64,000 bases of DNA, taken from the human T2T-CHM13v2.0 reference genome, Homo sapiens. The stretch lies in the NCBI RefSeq assembly GCF_009914755.1, contig NC_060933.1; one strand, given 5' to 3'. The notes beneath the pieces are model-generated. The model worked only from the letters and a program-made list of their open reading frames with translations. It had not been told where the DNA came from and did no database searches. The translations under genes were made by a program, and so were the position numbers. This document shows positions 12,774-25,021 of this stretch, in pieces; position 1 is the first letter of the stretch, and each line of letters starts with the position of its first letter.

Positions 12774-14397
12774 AAGTGGAGGGAAGCAGAGGAGGAAGAG
12801 ACGGAGGGGGACACACAGATGGAAACTGAGCCCAAGAACCAAGAGTGAGCCTGAGGACCACAGCGAGGGACAGCGGGAGAGGGAGGCAGCAGGCAGACGG
12901 AGGCGAGGAGCGATTCCTTGGGCATCTTACGTCACTCTCCGGCCCCTGAGCAGCTGTCTCGTTTAGGGAAAAGGTGTGTTCAGGCTGAATCTCTGTGGTC
13001 CCTCTTCTCCCTGCTCCCATACCCAGACACCGCGGCCAGTGGGGTCTTGATCCCGCAAAGCCCCCCACTGCCCTCAGGCAGAAGACCACTGGCTTGGTGT
13101 GGCCCCAGCTCCCCACTCCAGGTTCCCTCTCAGCAGAACTGCTGCAGCTCCTTCTTCATGCCGCCCCTTCTGTCTGGCTGGTGCGTCCCTCCTTCCACCC
13201 ATTCCTTGGCCAGTACATCCTTGGCCGGTACCTGAGAGGCAGATCATAAAAGCTGCCCCTGTGGACCTTCAAGTCGGGACCCAGGCCTGCCTTAACGCAG
13301 GGCCCCAGACAGTGGGCTTTGGGCCTGGGGTGCAGTTCTGGGGGCTGCCGGACACACAGCAGTTCAGAGCGGGAACTGGGCACAGGGCAGTGTCTGGGTG
13401 ACTGTGGCCTTTGGCCATCACCTTTTCCAACCTGGGCTTGGCCAAGGCCGGGAGGAATGGCAGCCAGGTACCCTGACTCAGGTCAGGCCCTGGTGGAAAA
13501 CCTGTCACCTCCTGTTGGGCAGGTGGAGGTCACTGACCCCTTTCTGTCTCTTGTGATCTATATTTAGAGCCTGGGGAGGACATGAAAAGGGTGAGGCCTG
13601 GACACGCTCCTTGGTCATTTCCCAACACTGACGTCACCATTCCTAGCCTGCCTAGGTCCTGGGGTGGCCCTCTGTGGGCGGGTGAGCACACACCTTGGCA
13701 GGAGGTGACGCAGCTGGACCACGCGTGGGAACTCCCGGCACAGCGGGCGGGCCTGGCTCAGCCCCACCTCCCCTGCCACTGGGTTCCTGGCAACCTCTGG
13801 TGGCTTCTTCCTCCTCCTTCTGCCGCCAGGATGCAGGGGTCCCCACAGGCGAGAGGCTGAACTCAGAGCTGGCCAGGTGAGAAGCGAAGCACCGAACCAC
13901 TGAAATCTCCAGGAGACCACACTGGGTGGCAGATGTGACAGCAACCCTCTGACCTCACGGGGCGCTGCCGTCCCAGCACAACCAGAACAAGGTGTGCCGA
14001 TGCCGGGAGCAGTGCAAACGGCCCTGGACGGGGATGCAGAGGGCTCCGGATCAGCCTGGGGCTCGCTGTGGGGCCCTGCTGTCATCCCTTGGAAATGGGT
14101 ACACCCCCGGCATATTGAGGGGGAGGCACGCAGAGGAACAAACGTGATAAATGCATCCATGGGCTGCAAATCGGGGGCCGCTCGGACAGCTGTCCCCCAC
14201 TCCTGCAGTGCTCGCTGCCTGGCACTGTGAGGAGTCACTGCCACCCCCGAGGGGCCACCAATTCAACATGTGACAGGCCGAAGTGGAGGGAAGCAGAGGA
14301 GAGAGGAAGACATAGAGGGAAACTGAACCCAAGACCCAAAAGTGAGCCGGAGGACCACAGCGGGAGAGGGAGGCAGCAGGCAGACGGAAGCGAGGAG
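12666..14397 (+). repeat. Dispersed direct duplication of ~230-245 bp (12666-12910 and 14173-14397)
   Basis: Identical blocks of 27 bp (12742-12768 = 14249-14275) and 32 bp (12870-12901 = 14357-14388) with colinear similarity between them. Confidence 0.93.
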
Positions 14398-15231
14398 ACA
14401 GGGCGCAGAGGGGCTGCGGGGGGTGCTGGGCACACCTGGCTGAGGAAGGGACCAAAGGCCCAGAGGGTCCCATAGTCTCAGCCTAGTACCTGTCCCCAAG
14501 CCCAGGGGCCCTGATCACAAGGCAGCAACGTCTATCCCACAGCTGTGATAGGTGGGGCACATCACACCCCGAGGGGCCCCGGCATCCATGATCTCCCCTC
14601 CTGGAGGGTGGTCAGCCGCCATCCTGGCCCCGGACTCCTTGGAAATGCTCCACAAAGTGCCAGCTGGAAATGTCACAGCACAGGGGGCCTTGGGATGAGC
14701 CAGCCCCAAGGGGCCATTCTTTCCTGTGGGTTTGGGGAACTCTTTTAAGATCTGGAGTGCAGATTCGGGTTCCAGTGCCTGCTCTGTGTCTTCCTAGCCT
14801 TAGTTTCACCTCCTGGGGCCTCAATTTCTCCATCAGTAAAATGGGGACAGTAACCGTCATAGCACCAGCTCTCAGGCTTCTCAGGGGAGCAGACAGTGAA
14901 GCAGTGCACAGAAGTCCTTGGTAATCCAAGAAGCACCCTCTGGACGGAGCTGCCAGGACAGCCCGCAGCCACCCTGGACTGACCCGTGGGGCTGGGGGCA
15001 GCTGGGGAGGCCAAGCGTGTGCACACGGGCACCAGCAGCAGAGCAGACCCCCAGTCTCCTCTCTCATACCCGAGATGGGAGATGAAGACTCCCCTGTGAG
15101 TTCCAAACTCCTCCAACCAGTTCTGGCAGGGAAGAAAGGGAGTCCTGGGAAAGCAACTCCCATGCCTGGGGCTCGGCGGTGACCCACCCAGCCCCTCCCC
15201 GGCAGAGGCACTGGTTGCCCTGGAAACTCAC

Positions 15232-15411
15232 CTCGGTGGTGGCCGGTGCTGGCAGAGGTGCCAGCCAAGGTGTCGGGCTTTGGAGAGCGGCACGACGGGC
15301 GACGGCCCTTCTCCTGGCGGTCACCACAGAGACACAGGCAAAGAACACAGAGCCCTTCCTCCCCCTGGGCACGGCAGGCCTGGCACAAACCTGGCCTGCT
15401 TCCCAGGCCAT
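15232..15411 (-). CDS. RALGDS: RALGDS alternative first coding exon (MAWEAGQVCARPAVPRG...APLPAPATTE, 60 aa)
   Basis: Strong Kozak ccaccATGG, 180 nt, phase-0 donor GAG|GTGAGT at 15231. Resembles a recalled RALGDS isoform N-terminus. Confidence 0.8.
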
Positions 15412-15895
15412 GGTGGGGCGAGAGCCAGGTGGGGAGTGGGCCCTGCGGGAGGCCCTCTGCCAGTGTGCTCGTCGCCTGCGTGCCCTAGTGGAGTGGAGCA
15501 CCCGAGTGCCTGGGCCTGGTGTCACCCGCGTGGCTGTCATACCTGCTGCTGTGACAGGCAGGACCAGGAATTCCCGCTTGTACCAGGCCATGGGCCAGCC
15601 GAGGATGAGTGGAGAGGCTGCCCCAAGCTAGCCTAGCTTTCTCCCTTAATTCTCCAAGTCCCCACTCCCATTCCCCCTGTGTCGGGGGCCTGGAAACCAC
15701 CACACAGAGCCAGAAAGGTGACAGATACAAGTAACCAAATCAAAACAGGGTTCGGTCAGCAGAGCCACCAGGCGGATGTGAGTCTAGCCAGAGGCACTGG
15801 GAGGCAGGCAGGAGACCCCACTCACTTGTTCTGGAAGGCTTCCCTGCCCCCTAGACCTGAGCTCTTCCATCCCTGGCACCCAGGCACGAGATTTC

Positions 15896-16504
15896 CTTTC
15901 TTCTTTTTTTTTTTTTTTTTTCCTGAGATGGAATCTCGCTCTGTCGCCCAGGCTGGAGTGCAGTGGTGCGACCTCGGCTCACTATAACCTCTACCTCCCG
16001 GTTCAAGTGATTCTCCTGCCTCAGCCTCCCAGGTATCTGGGATTACAGGCACATGCCACCATGCTCGGCTAATTTTTTTTTGAGACATCGTCTCACTCTG
16101 TCACCCAGGCTGGAGTGCAGTGGCATGGTCTCGGCTCACTGCACCTCTGCCTCCCGGGTTCAAGCGATTCTCCTGCCTCAGCCTCCTGGGTAGCTGGGAC
16201 TACAGGCGCATGCCACCACACCCAGCTAATTTTTGTATTTTTAGTAGAGATGGGGCTTCACTACATTGGCCAGGCTGGTCTCAAACTCCTGACCTCGTGA
16301 TATGCCTGCCTCAGCCTCCCAAAGTGCTGGGATTACAGGCGTGAGCCACCACACTCAGCCACTTGGCTAATTTTTTTGTATTTTTATTAGAGATGGGGTT
16401 TTGCCATGTTGGCCAGGCTGGTTCGAACTCCTGACCTCAGGTGATCCACCTGCCTTGGCCTCCCAAAGTGGTAAGATTACAGGTGTGAGCCACCGCACCC
16501 GGCC
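15896..16504 (-). mobile_element. Nested Alus (second Alu ~16072-16360 inserted in the A-rich linker of the first)
   Basis: Right arm, full Alu, then left arm, with ggctaattttttt duplicated around the insert. Confidence 0.9.
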
Positions 16505-17042
16505 ACAAGATTTCATTTTAACTGGGCGCAGGGGTGGGGGATGCCAATGGTTTGTTTCATTAAGTAGGGTGGTAAAAAATAATAATATTACCACCACTAC
16601 TCCCACCATTCAGAAAAAACACCACCAAAGGTAACAAGAAAGGGCTGCCATCAGAAAGAAGGGCAGGCTTGAAATGAGTACATTTGGCTTTTAGAATAAT
16701 TTACTAGAGTGACTACTGGAGTTGTAAACAACCACCACCACCACCACAACAATACAACAACTTACTACCTTGTCCCTGTTTTTCTCATTTTGCTGCAAAC
16801 CAGACATTGGAAGCCATCGGACGCATCCAACACACCCGTCTGACAAGTGGAAAGACTGAGCCCCAGAGAGAGCAGGGACTTGCCCAAGATCTCACAGGAA
16901 AAGTGTCTGTCCAGCTGCTCTGCAAAGCTTGCAGACGCTCCTTCCATCCTGACCTGGGGGCCAGAACACTCAGAGCCCCAACCCCAAAGCCCAGAGATGC
17001 CAGGGCGAAGTCAGAGGCCAAGAGTCTCAGCTACTTCCTTAC

Positions 17043-17174
17043 CTTCCTGGGAACCTGGCCGGGTGGATGCCCAGTCCCTGGCTGCAAGTGGAGGGCACAG
17101 GGCAGGGAGCAGAACAGCAGAGGCGGGGAGGAGAGGGTGTGGGCAGGGGCTGTGGAGTGCCCCCACAGGCACAT
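17043..17174 (-). CDS. RALGDS: RALGDS alternative first coding exon (MCLWGHSTAPAH...GQVPRK, 44 aa)
   Basis: 132 nt ending at a consensus phase-0 donor AAG|GTAAGG at 17042. Matches a recalled RALGDS isoform N-terminus. Confidence 0.75.
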
Positions 17175-18353
17175 CAGGCCCTGGGGCCCGGCTTCCCGCC
17201 CAGACACTGCCCCAGCAGCACCTCGCTCCCAGCCCTGCTCCTCTGAGCATCTCACATCCTCTTCCGGTGGCTTTGTGGGCCTTAGGGGACCCAGCTGAGC
17301 AGACAGTTCAGGGCCTGGGAGCTCTGCCACCCTCAGGGTGGAGACTCTCAGGGGATGTGGGTGGGCATGTGGGGGTGGGCTGGGCTGGGGTGGGGGAGCA
17401 TCAGAGAAATGGAGCTAGAGGGTTTCAGGGGAGCCCTGAAACCTACCTCCCTGTACTCACCCTGTGGCCAGAACAAGTCACCTCCACTAAAATCCCTCCA
17501 CCATTTCTGTCCCACCCAGAAGAGAATCCCAAGTCCTCACCTGCCCACAGCCCCCTCCTACTAACTCCAGCTGCCAGTGTCCTCTGCTGGGAACCATGTT
17601 CTTCCCCCTTGGTCTCAGGACTCGGCCCCCAGTCAGAGCAGCCTTCTCCAACACCCCTGTCTTAATGCAGCAACACCATCCCTGCCCCAGCCACCCATTC
17701 CCTGTTCTTTTTCATCTGGCACACTTCCTCCTCTGTGCCAGGCTCCAAGGCCCTGTCCCCTGGGAAAGTCAGGCATCACCACTGGCCTCTCTTGCGCACA
17801 GTGACTCAACCTTGACCTTCGAGGAACAGTAGAGCCAACCAGGCTGTGAATTGGTCAGCCCAGGACTGAAATTCTGATCCCCAGGGACTCTGGAACCCTG
17901 GGCCAATGATTTAGCATCTCTGGGCCTTAGTTTGCTCCTTATAAAATGGGCACAAGGGCGCTGGAGGATTCCACAAGAACTCAGCATGGGCTCGGCTCAT
18001 GGCCGTGCTTGGCGGATGTGCAATGATCATTTCCAGTGGGGATTGAGGAGTTCAGGTGCCACAGGGTTACATGCCTGCCCCGGTGCCAGGCACATAACAG
18101 ACATTTGATCAATGTTGGTGGATGCTGCCCCTGTGCCAGGAGTGCCATAGCCTGACTCCATCCCTGGCAGCAAGGTCCAGATGGCAGTCCGGGGTCTGCC
18201 CAGTGCTCAGAGTGTGGCTTGTAACTGGATCCTAGCAGATAGCTTGGAAATGTTTGCTGATGTAGAAGCACACACAGATGGGTACTGCAAGGCAGGCCCG
18301 GTCCCGGGAGAGGGGACCAGCGAAGAGGTCACTGTCTGGGTACACACTATTAA

Positions 18354-19045
<692 letters not shown>

Positions 19046-21984
19046 TAGTGGGGGTGGGGGACCAGTAGGGAAGTGGCAGGGAACCAGGCCACCCTGCTGG
19101 TGTGTTTGTGAGCTAATGCCTTTGCTTGGACAAGCAGCTCCCGGGTACCAGGCCCTCTGCAGGGCCTTGCATCTCTCACACAAGCTTTCTGTGCTATTCT
19201 TGAATAGCCCACTCCAGCCCAGCTTCCCAAGCCTGTTACCCCCATATCTCCCCTGCCCCCACCTCCAGCACAGGTCAGCCTGGCCTCAGGGCCTAATCCT
19301 GGGGCTCCTCCTTTCGGAGCCAGGGTGGGCAGGGCTACCCGGGGCAGTGGGCACTGAGCTTGCTGGAAAGGCCATCGAGGGACTGCTGACACAGTCAGGC
19401 TGCAGGAGGAGCAGCACCAGCTGCCACGCAGAAATGCAGGAGTCCCGAGGAGGTGGTGCTGGCAGGAGGGGAGCAGCAGGGCCATGCACCCCTCCTCCCA
19501 CCCACGTGGTCCCTGGCCCTGCCTCTGCCGCCAGCCTGGGGGAGAGCAGGGTCTTTGTTCCCTGCTGGCCAGGCCGCCACGTGATGCGCCACATCACTGT
19601 CACTGCCTGGAACGAAGACTGCCATGGACAGCCGAGGCGCTGGGGCCTGGGGGTGAGGCCAGTTGGAGGAGCTCCACCTGCAGCCTCCCCACCGCAACTC
19701 TGGCTGCCTTCAGGAGCTGGGCCTAGTGAGGGCCATACATGGCACAAACATTTCCAGCTACTGTGCATGAAGCTTACGACGACCCTGACCCCAGGCTTCT
19801 CCCAGGACACACGACCTACCAGTGGTCCCACGATGCTCTGCCCAGCACGCCGGGTGGCCTGGGATAATGCACCTGGCCACACACACAAGCCCAGACTAGC
19901 AAAACCCAACCCACAGGCACCTTTCTAGGTAGGGGCAGGCGCTGGCTGGGTGCGAGGCCCATTGTTTACAAACACTGTGCAGCTGTCGCTAGGAGCTGTG
20001 ACTCAGAGCCAGAGCAGTGACTCCTCGCGAAGCTGTTTACTCGGCACCACATCCTGTCCAGGAAGCAGATAGCAGAGGCCGAGGCCTGGCTTTTGCTCCT
20101 CTTTCCTGCTGCTAACTTGACTCAGGGAGCTGCTGGCCAGACTCGGTGTCCAGCTCGGGGGACACTCCAGCTCCCCTCCCCCTGGCTTCTGGGAACCTGA
20201 GGCCCCGTCAAGTCGCTCAACACACATTCAGGCCCAGCCGGCTCTGCTAGGTAGTGATGCTGTGGTCGTGCAGGAGACAGATCCTGCCCCTGGAGGCTGC
20301 ACCTATGCCTGGCATCCCCTCCCTCTTTGGCTCTGACTAGGAGACTCCCAGGGACGGGGGCATCACTGACACCTGTCACTGTGCAGCCCAGAGGCAAATT
20401 CTTGCCACGTTCAGAAGCCTGGGAGGCAGGATCAACTCCTGACACCCCTTCGTACCCTAGAGCCTAGTCTGGCGCCGCCTTTAGCACACCTCAATGGGGA
20501 CAAAGCACTTTTCCAGACAGCCTCTGCCAGAAAGATGAGGCCACAGTCATCATCTCTGTTGTAAAACTGAGAAAACTGAGGCCCAGAGAGGGCGAACAAC
20601 TTGCCTGATGTCACACAGCGTGTCAGTGCCAAGGCAGGGTGTAAGTCCGGCCCCCAAGGCTGCTTGCTTTCCTCTACTCTGTTCCAAATTAAGGATCACA
20701 AGTAGATTTGTTCCAGGCAGCACACAGACTTGACGCTGCTGGGACCCTGTCCCTGGGGTGGGTGGTCTGTCCCCTGTAGGAGGCCTAGGCTGGGGACTCT
20801 GACTTCCATTTCTGCTGATCACTGCTGCCTCCAACCTGGCGCCTAAACCAGAGTCAACAACCCTCTGATAATTTCTACTATGCACTGCCATGCCAATGCG
20901 GGTATCATTTCACCATCATGATATGTGACGCAGGTTTTGCAGGTGAGTTTGAGGATGAAGCTCAGAGATGGCACAAAGCTCATCCAAAGCCACACAGCAG
21001 AGCAGGGCTTCCAATCCTGTCTGACTCTCAGGTTTGCGCTCCCAGTCACTCCTTCCTGCAAACTCCTAGCAGGAAGACTCTTTATGACTCTTCATAAAGA
21101 GTCAAAGGTGATTTTATCCTCACGGTGCCCTTCTAAGTTCAGGGTGCAAGTATCTCAATGACCTCCAGTTCACAGGAGGGCCCCTGTGTGTGGTGGGGAG
21201 GCAGAGCCGCAGAATGACTTGTGGAAGGCTACACACCCCAGTGGGGAGGACCTTTCCCCTGCTCCAGGCTAGGGAGACCCGGGGACTCCCAGGAGCAGCA
21301 GAGCCACAGGACACACCTGCCAAGGCATGTGGAAGGTGGGCCACCCTGGAGTGGGGAGAGAAAGGCAAAGAGGGGCTGTGCTTATTTTGGCAGTTGGGGC
21401 TTGGCACCACCCCAGGCAGGACAGTAATTCAGCAACTGGCTGATTCACCCACCGCAGGGCTCCCCTGCACTGGCTGCCTGCCCGCCGGCCCCTATTACCA
21501 GCCCACTGAGTCACGCAGGTTGCCAAGAAGCTGAGGATCCAAGAATCCAGGCCCTGCCCCAGCCGCTCCCATTGGCTTTGAGCCCAGCAGGACCCAGCCC
21601 TGCCAAGGGCACCACAGCTCCCCTCCCCAACCCTGCCTGCCCCCAGGTCCAGCTCCAGGAGGAACCCAACGTCTAACTGTAAGGATCCAAGCAGTGGCTG
21701 GGAGCTGGGCCTACAGTGTCAGGAGTCTTGGGCCAAACCCTCATCCTGTCACTTCCTGGCTGGGTGGAGCTGGGTGAGCCAGGCAGGTTCCTTTCCCTTG
21801 CTGAGCCTTGGTTCTAGCCCATCAACAGGGAACATCTCTGCCTCAAAAAGACTGCATGCTGAAATGAAACACTGGATGAGAAGCACTCAAGATAGGGCCT
21901 GGCACATGCTCCGTGTCAAAAAAATGGCACCCCAAGGTGGCATCCTCTGCAGGGAAGAACCAGAGTTCTTATTTTGAATTCAAG

Positions 21985-22130
21985 GCCAGCTGATACTTCT
22001 GTAAAATGCAGGTGAAATGTTGCAGCAATGTCAACTGCCATAGAGTTTCTAAACAATGTCCATTTCTCTACTGAAGGAGATGAGGATCAGTAACAGAGTT
22101 TGTAGCCTGCACTGTCTGCAGACCACAGAG
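21985..22130 (+). mobile_element. Charlie-like hAT DNA transposon end fragment
   Basis: gtcaactgccatagagtttctaaac...cagtaacagagtttg resembles the recalled Charlie4-type terminus. Confidence 0.35.
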
Positions 22131-22445
22131 AGGGCCCGGGGCACAACTATATTCACACAGCCAGACCACGCGAATTTACTGAACACCTACTAGGTGCCGG
22201 GCACTATTCAAGTGCCAGCGATAGACCAGGGAAAAACACAACACATAAAAATCACCTTTGGCCTAGGTCATAATAAGTAAAATGCATTTTTGAAAATAAG
22301 AATGCTCCAGAAGGCAAAAACAGAACAGGGAAGGCTGATGGGGCCCATGGGGCAGGAGCAGGTGCTACAACTGCAGACAGGCCAGGAGGGCTGAGGGGGC
22401 AGCGCGGGTATGGATGGAAGGAGGGACATTAAAACATTTCACCTT

Positions 22446-23360
<915 letters not shown>

Positions 23361-24735
23361 TCACGCCCCCCATGGCGGGGAGTTTGTAAGCTCCTTGAGA
23401 GCAGGGACTCTGTTCCCCAGGGTCCTGATGCCTAGAACAGCATCTAGCACACAGCTGGCTCTCCATAAATGCCTAGATGAACAAGTGAGCTCGACGGGCC
23501 AGACTCTAAAATATTCGGAGGTTCTTGTGGGAAGATCACCAGGAGAGCTCCTTGGAAGAGGTGATGAGGCTGGAGAGGAGCCTGAGGGAGGGCAGGGGGC
23601 CGGAGGGCCAGGGAAGGGCGGGGCGCCTCTGCTCACCTGGCTCCCTCCCATTAAAGTGCTTTCCCCCCAGGAACCAGGCTGAGAAGAGAGGCAGAGGCAA
23701 GCCAGGCGGGGGAAGAGCGAGGAGGAAGGCAGCCAGGCTTTCTGGGAAGCAAGAGCCCTTTTTCTTAGAAGCAGGGCCCTGGAGTTTCCCAGAAGCCAGC
23801 CTGCCCTGGGACGGTGGAGGCGGTGGTAGGTGGTCAGGTTGGCCCTGGTTTAACCTAGGGGGTTTTCCCTTCCTAAATTCCTGGCCCAGGAACAATTCTT
23901 GGGGAATGGGTCTCTGTTCACAGGTAAGTAGAAGTTGCTCTGCTGTGGGCAGAGAGACCCCTCCCCAAGGCACAGCCGTGGCTGGTGAGGATGGGGGATG
24001 GGGGCTGAGCCCACAGTCAGGCCCCTGTGTCCAGCAGGCCCTGGTCGCCCAGTGCGCTCGGGCCAGGGGAGCCAGGACAAACGGGCCCTTGTGGTTGGGA
24101 GGCTGCCTGCCGTGCCAGGGACACTGTGTGCCCGGTGCCGCCACCAGCCTGCTGCCTGCCTGAAGGGGCTGAGGGCCTGGGAAGTGGGGCTACTGTTTCC
24201 AAAGGGAACCTCCTAAGCTGCCCTGGCCTCTGGAGAGGGCACAGGGCCTTGGCTGGCTGCCAGGAGGTGGCAGGGCTGGTGCCCGCTGCCCTCTTTCTCA
24301 CAGTCCTTTGCCTGCAAGAAGTTCCCCAGGGCTAGAGAAGCGCAATCCCTTGGGACTCTAGGGCCCTGGGTCTGAGGGACACTGCTGTGTCCCACCCTCC
24401 TGCCACCCACTGTCCCGTTAATCCCTGGGCTTGGCTCCTTCCTTGGCTTCTCCCCTGGAAGGCGAGGCTCAAGGGCCTCTCCTGTCTGCCTCACCTGGGA
24501 TGCCTGACAAAGGACAGCAAGGTACCAGCTGCCCTCCCCTGCCCAGGGACCCTCCAAGAGCTGTTCAGGTCTCCATGCCAGCATCATGGTGGGCAGCTGG
24601 GTGTGCCAGGCAGTGGCTGAGCAGTTCCCAGCCACCACAACCCTGTGAGCTGGGTCCGGCTGTCAACCCAGTGACACATGAGAAAACTGACACTCAGCCC
24701 TCCTCATGGTCACGGCTCCGGCCTGGGCCTGGTGC

Positions 24736-25021
24736 TTTGTTTGTTTGTTTATCTGAGACAGAGCCTTGTTCTGTCACCCAGGCTGGAGTGATCTCGGCTC
24801 GCTGCAACCTCTGCCTCCCAGGTTCAAGCAATTCTCCTGCCTCAGCCTCCCGAGTAGCTGGAATTACAGGTGTGCACCACCACGCCCGGCTAATTTTTGT
24901 ATTTTTAGTAGAGATGGGGTTTCACCGTGTTGGCCAGGCTGGCCTCAAACTCCTGACCTCAGGTGATCCACCTGCCTCGACTTCCAAAGTGCTGGGAGTA
25001 CAGGCATGAGCCACCGCACCT
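24736..25021 (-). mobile_element. Alu SINE
   Basis: Antisense Alu consensus. Confidence 0.9.
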
